A stretch of DNA of 64,000 nt from Mytilus californianus (Eukaryota): positions 9,424,001 to 9,488,000 of the forward strand of contig NW_026262659.1 of assembly GCF_021869535.1 (NCBI RefSeq), read 5' to 3'. Of this stretch, positions 1-12,016 are shown one piece after another (positions within the stretch are counted from its first letter, which is position 1; each line of letters starts with the position of its first letter). Position numbers and translations under genes: made by a program. A model generated the notes under the pieces. It saw only the letters and a program-made list of their open reading frames with translations, was not told the origin of the DNA and searched no databases.

Positions 1-221
1 ATCAATTTCAGGTTCAGATGGTGGTTTTGGTGACAGACGTTTTTTGTTCTTCGTCGGTAGTTTTACTTTTGGTATTTTAATACGCTTGCAAATACATCCA
101 TATTTCTTGTAGCATAAAATAAACAAACAAATAAACCAAATCAGGAGCGGCAATATGGCAAGTCCAGCTATCAAGTAATATATCCAAGAAATGTCTGTGT
201 CAATTGTCTCATCAGCGCTAC
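1..221 (-). CDS. Gene A exon 8 (transmembrane helix and start of basic cytoplasmic tail; runs off the window)
   Basis: Acceptor gtatttccag; phase 1 continues exon 7; reads (G)SADETIDTDISWIYYLIAGLAILPLLIWFICLFILCYKKYGCICKRIKIPKVKLPTKNKKRLSPKPPSEPEID. A hydrophobic stretch of about 23 aa is followed by a Cys/Lys-rich segment. Additional exons in the 9.3-kb intron cannot be excluded. Confidence 0.75.
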
Positions 222-3200
222 CTGGAAATACATATATGTTATTGTACAAATACATAAAATAATATTTCTTTCAGGAACTTATATTCAAAATAATATCGAA
301 ATCATTAAGAATGATACTTAAGTCTTATGAAAATTAGTATTTGTTTTGTAGGCAGTATTATTTAGTATAAAGTATTTATTAGATGACATCAAATTTAAGA
401 ACTATGAAAATATTAATATAACGGAACTATAAGTGGGCGTTTGAGCTAGCTATTAAACAAGGTCTAACCCACCATTTGTTCGGAAAATGCCTGTACCAAG
501 TCAAATATATAACAGTTGTTCACCATTCGTTCCGTTGGTTGATATAGTCTTACGTTTGATTTTGTCAGTTTTTTTAATTTACTTTGGATTTTGGTATTTT
601 TGTAAATACAATGTACTTTTTTTTCAAATTAAGAATTGTATTTTCATTGTCTATCTATGATTCATTGTCCTAGTTTAATAGCAACATTTTACTGGTTTGT
701 TTTTTGTTATTTCCTAGAGTGGATTAGACTTGTTTTTCCTGCTACATCCACCCAATACATCTCTTTTCTAGTTTTTAACAATTAAAACTGATCATGTTAC
801 AGAAATGACATGATATCGATTAAGCCAAAATTTAAGACATTTAACGTATCAAATCAAAGTACTGAAGTACTGAACATCGGATGACAACAAGTTCTTGAGG
901 ATGGTCAAAAGCACTTGTCTCAGAAATAAACAACATATCTCTTTACCTGAAACTGAGGTTAATGTACAGAGATATATTTTTTTCTGAGACAAGTTCGTGC
1001 GTGAATGATGAATAAATGACAGGAAATTCAACTTCACCGTAATAACTATTATATTGTAGTGATACAAATCAGTATACACTGATTTGTTGTTATATATTAT
1101 ATTAAAATAACAGTTACATATATATATATATATGATTTGCATGCATTTGTATATCATTCTATTCTACTATTCTTATAATAGTGCAATGCAAGTGCATGGT
1201 GGACACTTTTCTGTAAAAATTCGATTTTTCTAAGATTGGATACGAGTAGGCATTCATATTTTCCCGCAAAAACAATTACAGAGTTACCGGTCCTATCTTT
1301 GAGATATTCTTCCGCATGCTTTAACACAATTTTTCGGTACGCGTGCATTGATATTATCAATGATTTTTTACTTATATATATATATCTAACTACAAAACAT
1401 TTTCATGTTTTTAATTTATGTTGTAAACAAAAATATTTTTATCAGTATTCATTGAAGAGATGTATTTATATCAAACGATAAGGAATGTTATTTTGCACTC
1501 GTTTATGTGCGCATATTTATCATGTTTCTAGATCGGTTACAAACCCAAAACTAATTTACATAATGGAAATCTAGGCGATAGCAACACATCCGAATGACCT
1601 CAAGGTCATCGCGATGTAAAAAGCAGAAAGTGTGTGTATTTATTTATAATTTCTGATGTCTAAGTCTTGATTACCGCCTTTTACAAGATTTAAGATTCTT
1701 TAATTCTTACGAGCTGCATGCAAACAATATAAAAAAGACATCACTCTTGATATAATCGTTATCAAAAACACTTTTTTTGGTTAAAGATAAAAAAAAAATG
1801 TGAAAAAGTCATTCCTTATATGGACTGATATAGAACGAAATAAACACGAATGCCCCTGCTCAAGCTATGCAACGAAAATGGGACGGACGGAAAGACGGTC
1901 AAGGTACGGCGGGGGCATAAAAAAAACAAATGGTACAAATATAAACAAAGAACAAATCGAAAAAACAGATGTAATCGCAATCCTGAGATAAACTACAAAA
2001 GAGGAAACCAAAAACCCCGACATAGATGTACGTACCATTAACTTATGCGAACAGGCAAACAAAACACGGATGTTTTAACAATTCCATTGTATCTTTATAT
2101 ATAATAATAATGTACCAGTAAGTGTTTGTGTGTATACGGATTGATACATTTCTTCATTAATTGTGTCCTGAAAATATTTTTTGTTGGTATTATTTATGTT
2201 AGATATTTAGCAGTTTAAGAGACATTATTAGATGGAGTATATACATACCTTGTATTCCATCAAGACAGATTTCTGAAAAAAAATAAAACACATTATTAGC
2301 ATTACTATTCTAACTTACAAGTCTTATACATGATACATGTATCCACAAGGAGTACATGTATATGTCTACCTGAAAGTCTACATCCGGCAGCATATCTCAT
2401 GATGAAGAGGGCACCTGTTTTGTTGTGCGAAATGATTAATTAGGCAGCCATATCTGGTCGGAATGGGGACACTAAATCCGATGAATTATATGCAGAAAGA
2501 GTGCCACAATATCTCCATGTTATAGAAATCATTGTAACAAATGTTTATGGGGGCCAAAGGTTGCCCAATGCCGCCCAAAAAATGTGCTTCTTAACAAAGT
2601 TGTTACCATTATTAAGTGTTTAATAGTGATGGTTTCTGTATAACTGCCCTTTGTCCAAGCCGACCCATTTTGCGGAACCAACTTCCCATTTGCACTTGTC
2701 CTGAGTATGCATAAAATACTTGCCGCTGTACGTTTAACAAACAGCAATCAGTCAATTGTATAAGCCTACATGTTTCTCAAATATATTGTATCTTCAAACC
2801 AACTATTACTATCTGAACAGTATGAAATTAGGAGAAGTGGTATGATTGCCAATTAGATAACGTTCAACCAGAGTCTAAAATACATGAATTTAAGCTAGTG
2901 TAGTTCACCGTATGGCCTTCAACACCGAGCAAAACCGACACCGTATAGTCAGCTTATAAAAGGACAACGATATGACAAAATACGAAGCTATGCATAAGAA
3001 AAAACCAAGAGCCTGATTTATGATGAAACAATCAACGAAAATCAAATATGATAGACAGTTACCAACGGCACGCACTTAATAACAGGCTTCTCACTTAGGA
3101 CATGCACAATAGAAAAAGATGGGGGTAAAACATGGTTTTAGGTGTTCATCTCTCAGTCTAACCTGGTACAGTGGAGTAACAACACAATATGTAATAAGAA

Positions 3201-3428
3201 TAAATTGAAAAATCAGTTGAAAATGACGTGACTCAAAAGATTGGCACGAAGTACAAAAACAAACAACATAAAGACATAAGACACGAAGTATCGATACAAC
3301 AGTTCTAGCCGTTACTGAAGTCTAGTTCAAAGCCAATAACAACTGTTTAAAATATCAAGTTGAACTAGACTAAAGTTTGGTTGCTATCTCAATGACGTAA
3401 ACCATGTATACGCCATATATCTCCTTTA

Positions 3429-4005
3429 AAAAAATGAAAACAACATGTTATAAATTTCATGCATCTGAGGCGCTTTTCTGGATTGACCGTCATCGGGAAC
3501 GTTCAAAGCCGAATATTTGAAAGCCAATGATGTATAAGAACTGAAACAGTTGAAGAGCTATATGGCAAAAAAGTATCTAAAAACTAGCCAAATCCATCTA
3601 AGGTGAACTTTGCCTGAGAGAGCCGAAACCTTAGTTCCTTTATAATTTCAAAATTTATTAACGGACAATTTTCCAAAGGTTTGTTATAAATCATGTCAGT
3701 ACTGAGGTACTGAGCTGATGAAACCCTCGGGGACTGATAGTCCACCAGGAGGGGTATCGACCCAGTCCTGAAAAAAATGAAAACAACACGTTATAAATTT
3801 CTTGCGTCCGAACCGCTTTTCTGGATTTAACTTCATCAGGAACGCTCAAAGCCGAATATTTGAAAGCAAAGGATGTATAAGAACCGAAACAGTTGAGCTA
3901 TATGACAAAAAAAGTACATAAAATAGCCAAATCCCTTTAAGGTCAACTTTGTCTAAGGGAGTGGTTTAGTTTCTTTATAATTTCAAAATTTATAAACAGA
4001 TAATT
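3429..4005. repeat. Tandem duplication (period about 343 bp) of a dispersed repeat unit
   Basis: aaaaaaatgaaaacaacaYgttataaatttc...caaagccgaatatttgaaagc starts at about 3429 and again at about 3772; a degraded related segment lies near 48185-48330. Confidence 0.75.
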
Positions 4006-4468
4006 TAATGTTAGTTTAAAAAATATTAAACGACATCATAACTCTATATCCTTGTTTGTAAATATAATCACACAAGAAGAAAATGTAAGATGCGATTTCT
4101 TTCCTGCCATCTCTGGAAAATTATGTTGCATTTCATTACAAAACATGTATTCTTGGCAAATTGTAAACACGTAGTTGTCCATCATGCATTGCGACTCATT
4201 CAATGAATTTGTCAATGACCCAATATTAAGTTAACAAACAATTATATTGTCGGGAACAATAGTGTGCCCGTAACAAGTAATGTATTCGACCCGTTTAACC
4301 CCTCTATATTCTGTCTGTGCCGATGGCAGGTCAGGTGCCTGTAATCTGTGAATGTCATTGGTTTCTGTCAGTTATATGTGTTTTCTGTTTGATTGTTCTG
4401 TCATGCAACATGTCTTTGGTTTTTTTTTTTGTAATTTAACATGTTTAAGGGCATTTTATAGCTGACTA

Positions 4469-5334
4469 TGAGATGAATATAGTTCACCTGTTTTATTTTA
4501 CTAGGGTTCAACTTAGCATTACTTTTATCAAGCTGAAACATTGTAATACGAACTCGTTTAGTTTGAAAATTGAATGGTTGTCTACTATGGGTTTTGTTTT
4601 GTTTACATTGCTATGGAAATTTATAACATTTAGAATCAGGAACGGACAGATTGTGGTTAGCAAACCCGGAAATATTCCGATCGGTAGTTGTAAAAATAAG
4701 GGCCGTCATTCAAACGTTTTAGCAATAAGGGTTAGGTATTCTATAAACACGCATAGGAATAAGATATTTGGTATCGTCCAAAGTAAATGGTATGGTCCAA
4801 AACCTAGTATAAAACCTGATGCGCTGTCAGAATAAGGGTCGCTTAATGGATATTCCAGACGTCTCAAAGAAGCAAAAAGGTAATTATATAATTATTTACA
4901 CTTTATAAAATATTAAATAGATTCTGGATAAGAATCTATCTGCGTACCTGAATGAGGTTGTAGGGATATTAAAAGTTGTACATACGCACCGGGTAATAGG
5001 TGCATAGGCGACTGTGCGGTAATAGTGCACGGGTAAATATGTGCACTGGCTAAGCAGTGCACAGGCGGATTAGGTCAGATAGTGCACAGGCGAAACAAGT
5101 CAGATAGTGCACAGGATAGTAGTGCATAGGTAGAATACAGCATAGTTTTGGATAGTGCATAGGTTAGCACTGATTGCTACTGGACACATAAGGTCTGTGC
5201 AACACATTGCTTGGTTGGTGATAGAGGCCAAATTAACAAGTTAAAGATCGATATCTAAGAGACGGTGTATCTTCCAATATCCAGGGGTAAACTCTGGTAC
5301 GATACCCATAAGTCACTACACCGAGTACGTGACA
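4469..5334 (+). repeat. 5' LTR
   Basis: TGAGATGAATATAG...GAGTACGTGACA; near-identical to 8428-9311; contains an internal gtgcaYagg mini-array at about 4995-5165. Confidence 0.95.
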
Positions 5335-5340
5335 TAATTT

Positions 5341-5358
5341 TGGTGGCAGCGGTGGGAT
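5341..5358 (+). promoter_or_regulatory. Primer binding site complementary to the tRNA-Leu 3' end
   Basis: TGGTGGCAGCGGTGGGAT, 6 nt after the 5' LTR, is the complement of ATCCCACCGCTGCCA+CCA, the 3' end of metazoan tRNA-Leu(AAG/TAG) (sequence recalled, not searched). Confidence 0.85.
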
Positions 5359-5388
5359 ATTGGTAAGTGCACCGATAATTGAATAAAT

Positions 5389-6738
5389 ATGGATGATTTA
5401 CAACAGCATATAAGTACGCTAGAGGAAGAGGTTAAGCAAAGTAGGGAGAAGTTGAGACAAACTCAAAACCCTTGGCTTTTGACACAACAACACTCTACCC
5501 CAAAAGTGCAACCTAGAAACCTGACAGATTCTGGTATTGTTCAGACGAGGCGCACCAATTTCGGCGATGTCACAGAGCGCACAGTCCAAACACAGCTTCA
5601 TCGAGCTGATGATGCTCCAACATTGTTTGGACCTTACATAAGTGAGCAAGGCCCGGCAGTCCGTCCTAAGCAAGTGCAATACAACACAACTAGCGCCGCA
5701 CCCTGTACCAGTAGCGGAGGTTCAGTGGAGATTTCTCCTATCTTAAGATATAACCAAAGGAATGCAAGACAGGTTGTCAATAACCAGGAAAAAGTACACA
5801 CGCCAGGAAAGAATACAAGGAAAGAAATCAAACTGGCCAATATATTAGTAACAGAGGTTATTACGCGTTTCGGCGTGCCTACTGTAGTTCACTCAGACCA
5901 AGGCGCGCAGTTTGAGAGCGAATTATTTCAAGAAATGTGTCAGTTATTACAGATAGACAAGACTAGAACCACGCAGTGTGACGGAATGATAGAGAGATTT
6001 AATGGCACATTGGCAAAAATGTTGACTGCTTATGTTGATGAACACCATTCCAATTGGGATTGCTTACTGCCCTACGTTATGATGGCATATAGATCAGCTC
6101 AACATGAGACCACAGGATGTACGCCTAATCGCATGATGTTAGGTCGCGAAGTTGCTACACCTGTGGACCTTATGTACGAGGTACCTGATTATTTAAAGAA
6201 AATTCCACAAAACAAATGGGCGTGGGAACTTCAAGAACGAATGGAAGAAGCTCACCACTTTGTTAGAAAACATGTAGGACAGGAAATGTTGCGTCAGAAA
6301 AAGTATTATGACAAACAGTTAAACTGGAGCAAGTTTAGGAAAGACGACCAAGTATATGTATTCTTTCCAATTCGAAAAGCTGGTCATTCTCCCAAATTTA
6401 CATCCTACTGGCGTGGTCCTTTTCGAGTACTCAAAGAATACTCAGATGTTAACTATCTCATTAACTGTGGTAGGCGTGGTCGACCACAGGTTATACATGT
6501 AGATAGAATGAGGTTGTACAAGGGCCAACTTCTGAGAGGAGAAACAGAGATGAACGAAAACGAAAATCAAGATGATACTTTTGAGCCGGAAAGTGTGGTG
6601 CCCGAAATTTCTAATGATGAGCCTGATAGTGCGGGCAACATTGTTGATCAAAGTGATTCAAGGGATAAATCAGACTACAAAGGGCGTCCACACCGGGTTA
6701 CCAAGCAGCCGGCATTGCTGCATGAGTTTGTTAGATAA
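5389..6738 (+). pseudogene. In-frame fusion of gag N-terminus to the C-terminal two-thirds of Gypsy integrase
   Basis: Coiled-coil gag-like start (MDDLQQHISTLEEEVKQSREKL) joins directly to the rve core RFGVPTVVHSDQGAQFES...DGMIERFNGTL and a C-terminal YWRGPFRV motif; the HHCC zinc finger and first catalytic Asp are missing. Confidence 0.9.
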
Positions 6739-6875
6739 TGTGGATCGCATTGTCGTATATATATTCTTTATCATGTACTAAAATATATAAATAAATATAG
6801 ATATGTATATAAAGTTAATTTCTACAGAATATGCCGACAAAAGTTATTGCGTTATTTTTATTTTCTTTTGCAGAA

Positions 6876-7616
6876 ATGGTGAAGACAAAAGTTACAGTAA
6901 GGAATAGACAGGACTGGTGCTGCCATTTCTGTAATACAGATTATAAAACTGAGGCTGCATGGGATGTACACACGCTCAAATGTGCAAAAGAAAAGAGAGA
7001 AAAGGAAAAGTTTCGGTGCACAGAGTCTGGGTGTAATTATGCTTCGGCAAGAAAACAGGATTTAAACAGACATAGGAAAAGAGTTCATGGTCTAGGGAAA
7101 GCTCTAGAGGAGTCAGACTGGGAAACACAGAATCCTGGTGATTTGTTGGATATTATTGATACGCCTGATGATCCGCGAACTGTGCGCAAACCAACCAAAC
7201 CAAACCCAGTAGTAGCTCCTAAAAGGAAGCAGGAACTAATGGACATGTTACAAAAATCAATATCTCCAAAGAAGATTCCCAGAGTGTCGTGCACTGTATC
7301 CACAGCGCCAGCTTCAGTCGTTAGTGACAGTAGTGGTTCAGAATCTGACGATTCCACTATTTTCAGTACAGTCTGGACGGCTACCCCAGTTGCATCAGAG
7401 AGCTCCGGTATTGTACCAAGCTCAATCTCGCCAAATATTGTAGTTTCAACACCTATAGTGAGTGCACCAATGCCAATACTACCTTTTTCTGTGGACAATC
7501 GCACTCAAACTGAAAGATTGAGCCATCATCATCGCCTCCGACGTAAACGTCATTTCATTCACAATCAGGGCATTCTTGTCTCTGAAACAGAGGAAGAGGA
7601 ATGGGATGATTTTTAG
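6876..7616 (+). CDS. Extra retrotransposon ORF with two C2H2-type zinc fingers
   Basis: CHFC...HTLKC and CTESGCNYASARKQDLNRHRKRVH fingers, a Ser/Pro-rich middle and an acidic tail (ETEEEEWDDF). A splice acceptor ttttcttttgcag sits 2 nt before the ATG at 6876 (the ORF track starts at 6831). Confidence 0.75.
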   Translation: MVKTKVTVRNRQDWCCHFCNTDYKTEAAWDVHTLKCAKEKREKEKFRCTESGCNYASARKQDLNRHRKRVHGLGKALEESDWETQNPGDLLDIIDTPDDPRTVRKPTKPNPVVAPKRKQELMDMLQKSISPKKIPRVSCTVSTAPASVVSDSSGSESDDSTIFSTVWTATPVASESSGIVPSSISPNIVVSTPIVSAPMPILPFSVDNRTQTERLSHHHRLRRKRHFIHNQGILVSETEEEEWDDF

Positions 7617-7847
7617 AACACTATCTTTTTGACACACATACCAACCAGAGATGTTGAAGGTAGTTATCAGACAGTGCCGTTAATTAAGTGCATGTCATAA
7701 GCAGGAAGCTGGACGTTTTATGAGTTATGAGGACACTTAATTATAGAAGTTGTTTTGGAGTCTATATTAACAGACAGTTTTATTTCTAATTAAAAGTGAG
7801 GGAATCACTACTATAAATGTTATTTTGTTGTATATTTTAATATGTAT

Positions 7848-7980
7848 GTCCGTCGGATGGGGACGTTAAATCCGAGGTCCCGTGTTCATGGAGTACCACG
7901 CTTTGTGCACGTTAAAGATCCCTCTTAACAAACTCTTTGAGTGGTCCATAAGTGGCTGGTTGTTAGGCAAAATTATTTCT
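7848..7980 (+). mobile_element. SINE core (Deu/Nin-like) fragment inside the LTR element
   Basis: gtcggatggggacgttaaatccgaggtcc...cacgttaaagatccc resembles the Deu-domain consensus as recalled (cggatgagacgtaaaaccgaggtcc...ttaaagatccc). Confidence 0.5.
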
Positions 7981-8413
7981 TACCGGTTTTGGCTTGTTGA
8001 TGTTTTCAGTGGTTTTCAAATGTATAATTTGGTTTGTTGGTTTTCATGGTTATAAATTGATTGCTCAAAAATCTGTCTGCATGCATATTTGAAAAACAGA
8101 TGTAAAATGACTTGAGGGTACTTAGGATAAAGTTGATTTATTTAAGTTGATGCACATGTTAAATCAGTCCTCCAATGTTAAGACAATAGTATACAGTTGG
8201 TTGGGAATCTTGTCATGTCGGGTAGATCATACATCTACGAGTTGTTCTAGTGGTTAGTTACTGAAGAAGTACCAGTTGTTTAATGATATTTATATTTGTG
8301 GATTTTGAATGACATGGCTTGAGGCAATACCCGGATAGAGTTTGGGACTGAAAAATGTCCACTTGATGTAGATGTGTTCAATTGATATCGATAAATGCGG
8401 GGACGCATTTCCT

Positions 8414-8427
8414 GGAGGCGTGGGTAA
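8414..8427 (+). promoter_or_regulatory. Polypurine tract
   Basis: GGAGGCGTGGGTAA lies immediately before the TG of the 3' LTR. Confidence 0.7.
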
Positions 8428-9311
8428 TGTGATGAATATAGTTCACCTATTTTATTTTACTACTAAGGGTTCAACTTAGTATTACTTTTATCAAGCTGAA
8501 ACATTGTTATACGAACTCGTTTAGTTTGAAAATTGAATGGTTGTCTACTATGGATTTTGTTTTGTTAACATTGCTATGGAAATTTATAACATTTAGAATC
8601 AGGAACGGACAGATTGTGGTTAGCAAACCCGGAAATATTCCGATCGGTAGTTGTAAAAATAAGGGCCGTCATTCAAACGTTTTAGCAATAAGGGTTAGGT
8701 ATTCTATAAACACGCATAGGAATAAGATATTTGGTATCGTCCAAAGTAAATGGTATGGTCCAAAACCTAGTATAAAACCTGATGCGCTGTCAGAATAAGG
8801 GTCGCTTAATGGATATTCCAGACGTCTCAAAGAAGCAAAAAGGTAATTAAATAATTATTTACACTTTATGAAATATTAAATAGATTCTGAATAAGAATTT
8901 ATCTGCGTATCTGAATAAGGTTGTAGGGATATTAAAAGTTGTAAATACGCACCGGGTAACAGGTGCATAGACGACTGTGCGGTAATAGTGCACGGGTAAA
9001 TACGTGCACTGGTTAAACAGTGCACAGGCAGATCAGGTCAAATAGTGCACAGGCGGAACAAGTCAGATAGTACACAGGATAGCGGTGCACAGGATAGTAG
9101 TGCATAGGTAGAATACAGCATAGTTTTGGATAGTGCATAGGTTAGCACTGATTGCTATTGGACACATAAGGTCTGTGCAACACATTGCTGGTTGGTGACA
9201 AAGGCCAAATTAACAAGTATAAGATCGATATCTAAGAGACGGTGTATCTTCCAATATCCAGGGGTAAACTCTGGTACGATACCCATAAGTCACTTCACCG
9301 AGTACGTGACA
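8428..9311 (+). repeat. 3' LTR
   Basis: TGTGATGAATATAG...GAGTACGTGACA; differs from the 5' LTR by scattered substitutions and small indels, including an extra unit of about 14 bp in the gtgcacagg array. Confidence 0.95.
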
Positions 9312-9569
9312 ACTACACGATATGAGTTCGCTCATTTTATGAGGAGCGTACGGTGACCTTTATTTAAATCTACGTAATTTGAATTCTGTTAGATGGTAAT
9401 TTCATTGACATTGGGTAGCATGGCACATCTACTTATTTTATATACAAACACTATCATTTTCCTGATTTACTAAGTTAAACACAATTCAATTAGATTACTA
9501 AAACCAATTGTTTTTACTTGAAATTCTCCTCTTCAAAAACTAAATCATTTTCTTAAGAATTACAATTAC

Positions 9570-9690
9570 CTGAAATATCCCAGGAGACAATTGTCACACC
9601 ATCTGGTCCCGGATTCGTAGCGGTTGTTGCTGTGTCACAAAACTTAGGTGTCTCGGTAGAGTAAACAGTGCCTCCTTCTTTCTTGAAAGC
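9570..9690 (-). CDS. Gene A exon 7
   Basis: Acceptor ctgttacag, donor GTAATT; reads AFKKEGGTVYSTETPKFCDTATTATNPGPDGVTIVSWDIS(G); phase 0 to 1. Confidence 0.85.
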
Positions 9691-10603
9691 CTGTAACAGT
9701 GGTAACGTCATTTTCATTGCGTTACACATATACTTAGACGTTATGAGAACAGGAAATCGTGTTTCTCAGTTAACCATATAAAGTGTTTAATATGCTCTTT
9801 TTGTATTGGCTTCCCAAGCTATAAATATTCAGCCTACTTATTTAGATAATGTTATAGAAAGCAGAGATATCGGTTTTGGATTGTTTTTCTAAATGCTCAC
9901 AATTATTACATATTTTTGTCATACCTGATTAATTCTTCCATTTAACTTTAAACTTGCATCTATTTCTGATGTGATTTACATTTTACATTAGGGCCCTAAT
10001 ATGTATTACGTCATGTATCGTGAAAAATACATAAGAGAGATTAGTTGTACTTGAGGTACATGTATATAATAAAGTGTATATGATATGGTTTTTTTCAATA
10101 TCACACACCGTATCAACCCTCAACCAATATAATCCCTCGAGCAGAGCTCTTGGGATTATATTGGTGTCTCGGGTTGATACAGGTGTGATATTGAAATATT
10201 CTCTATTTATCATACTGTTATAGAAAAAATATATTATGATAAATGAATTTTTTTATTCTTCTGAAAAACGAATGGGCTGCACTTATATTATATCTATAAG
10301 TTTTTGACAACAAATGGGTCGTTACCGCTGATGGTTCGGTCATTGCATGATACAGACGATAAGTAAAAAAATGTCCAATTCTTAAACTTTGTATTTTTTA
10401 TTCTTTTGGTCAAGGGTGATGATTTTTCCCGAATTACGTGTTGTGAATCATATCAAAACTGTTTATTTTGTCATTTAGTATACATGTAAGAGCTACATAA
10501 AATGATGTGATCAGTCTACATATATAGTTACTTATTAATAAATCAAAAATATTATTGTACTTCATTGGTAACTTATTTATGAAATGTGTGTCAGACTACT
10601 TAC

Positions 10604-10719
10604 AAAGCAAGAAAATCTGTAATTATTCGTGTCGTCCACAGTGTTGTCCTGGTTCCAAAGTCCTAGATATGTAAAGCTGTTCACAGTGGTATAAAATAAA
10701 CAACTGTAGCTTCCATTAT
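10604..10719 (-). CDS. Gene A exon 6
   Basis: Acceptor tttaacccag, donor GTAAGT; reads (H)NGSYSCLFYTTVNSFTYLGLWNQDNTVDDTNNYRFSCF; phase 1 to 0. Confidence 0.85.
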
Positions 10720-11069
10720 CTGGGTTAAAGTCAAATTCTTTATTAGCATTATTTTGTGCAATTTAGGTAAGAAGGAACACTGGCATCGTATACTTTGATA
10801 ATTATCACATACGTTGATGAGTTACCAAAAAGGAAAAGTACAAATTTAGGATTTTGTTCATTTTTTGTTTTTGTAATTGGTGCTTATAGGTGTTAAAGCG
10901 GGAGTATTTATATAAATTAGTTTTTTCAATATTTCATGATATAAACCGATCAATGTTTTAGGTATGTTGTTTTTTCACCCATCATCATAATGACCCATCG
11001 CAAATTTTATGTTAATAAAAGTGATGCATATGTTTTAAGTCTAATATGATAACTGAGTTTTATACATAC

Positions 11070-11267
11070 GAGAGGTTTGTTTAGCAGGAGAGGAACATGA
11101 ATCATTGTAGCCAAAACTAACTGTTGTTCTGTTTGCACACACATCTAACGTGTTTCCTGGACAGCTAGTCGTTATGGTGCCATCAGACAGTGTAATGTTA
11201 ACACTCTGGAATATTGCCAATAAATCATCTGGACACCTCGTTGTCAATAATCCATTATCATACGCAT
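11070..11267 (-). CDS. Gene A exon 5
   Basis: Lies within ORF 11041-11427; acceptor ttcgttccag, donor GTATGT; reads (D)AYDNGLLTTRCPDDLLAIFQSVNITLSDGTITTSCPGNTLDVCANRTTVSFGYNDSCSSPAKQTS; phase 1 to 1. Confidence 0.85.
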
Positions 11268-12016
11268 CTGGAACGAAATCATATGTATTACATTTTTGAC
11301 ATCTGTTCTTGAGAAGTCTGTGTGACCCTAGGTATAGCTTGAGAAGTCTGTGTGACCCTATTTCTATACCTAAGTCAACCCTTATTTTATATCGAATCTG
11401 ATTTAACTTTGAGCGATCGAAAGCCACATTAAGGTATATAATCTGATTATGGTAAAACCAAGCCTTTTATTACTCTCATACATGTGTCAACTGAGTTCAC
11501 TTAATAAGTAGGCTTTATGCTGAAACATCTAAGCTGGAAAATAAGTGCAGTGGTCATAGTTAATTTGATATAATACAGAAAATAAAGGAGTGCATTTTAT
11601 ATTTGAAGAGAATCGCTTAACGAATAAAAAAAAAACCAAAGAAACAGAAAACAACACAAAATATATTCAGATTAGAAAATGTAAAACTATTATTTTTGTC
11701 AAAACGTTTATTTAGCCAAAAGAAATGAAAAAAGAAAAGAAAAAATATTAATGTTTGTTTGCTTTTGTGTGCAATTACTAGAAAAGTCAGTGTGGAAAAA
11801 ATTGCTAACATTCTTATTACAAATGAAAGCACACTTCCCAAATAATTGTTCCCTATACTTGTGCTAATATTTATAAAATTATTAGCGCACCATTATTTTA
11901 ATGTGTTTACGCTAATTCAGATTATGGTATGTCCTTGTTTGTATACTATGCCGACTCTAAATATTTATTTATTATTATTGAAAATCTCTCCAATTCAACT
12001 AGTATATAAATTTACC

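Larger units (their letters stand above)
4469..9311 (+). mobile_element. Non-autonomous Ty3/Gypsy LTR retrotransposon (internally deleted)
   Basis: Two direct LTRs with TG...CA ends, 4-bp TSD ACTA (4465-4468 and 9312-9315), PBS, purine-rich tract before the 3' LTR, and an integrase-core remnant; no protease, RT or RNase H visible. Confidence 0.95.

Noticed and set aside
849-1481. Short ORFs 849-1157, 1154-1360 and 1236-1481
   Set aside because: They have AT-rich low-complexity composition with no motifs or phase-compatible splice sites.
4473-4835. ORF in the 5' LTR and its twin at 8526-8798
   Set aside because: Both are the same LTR sequence; there is no recognisable domain and the upstream part is frameshifted between the copies.
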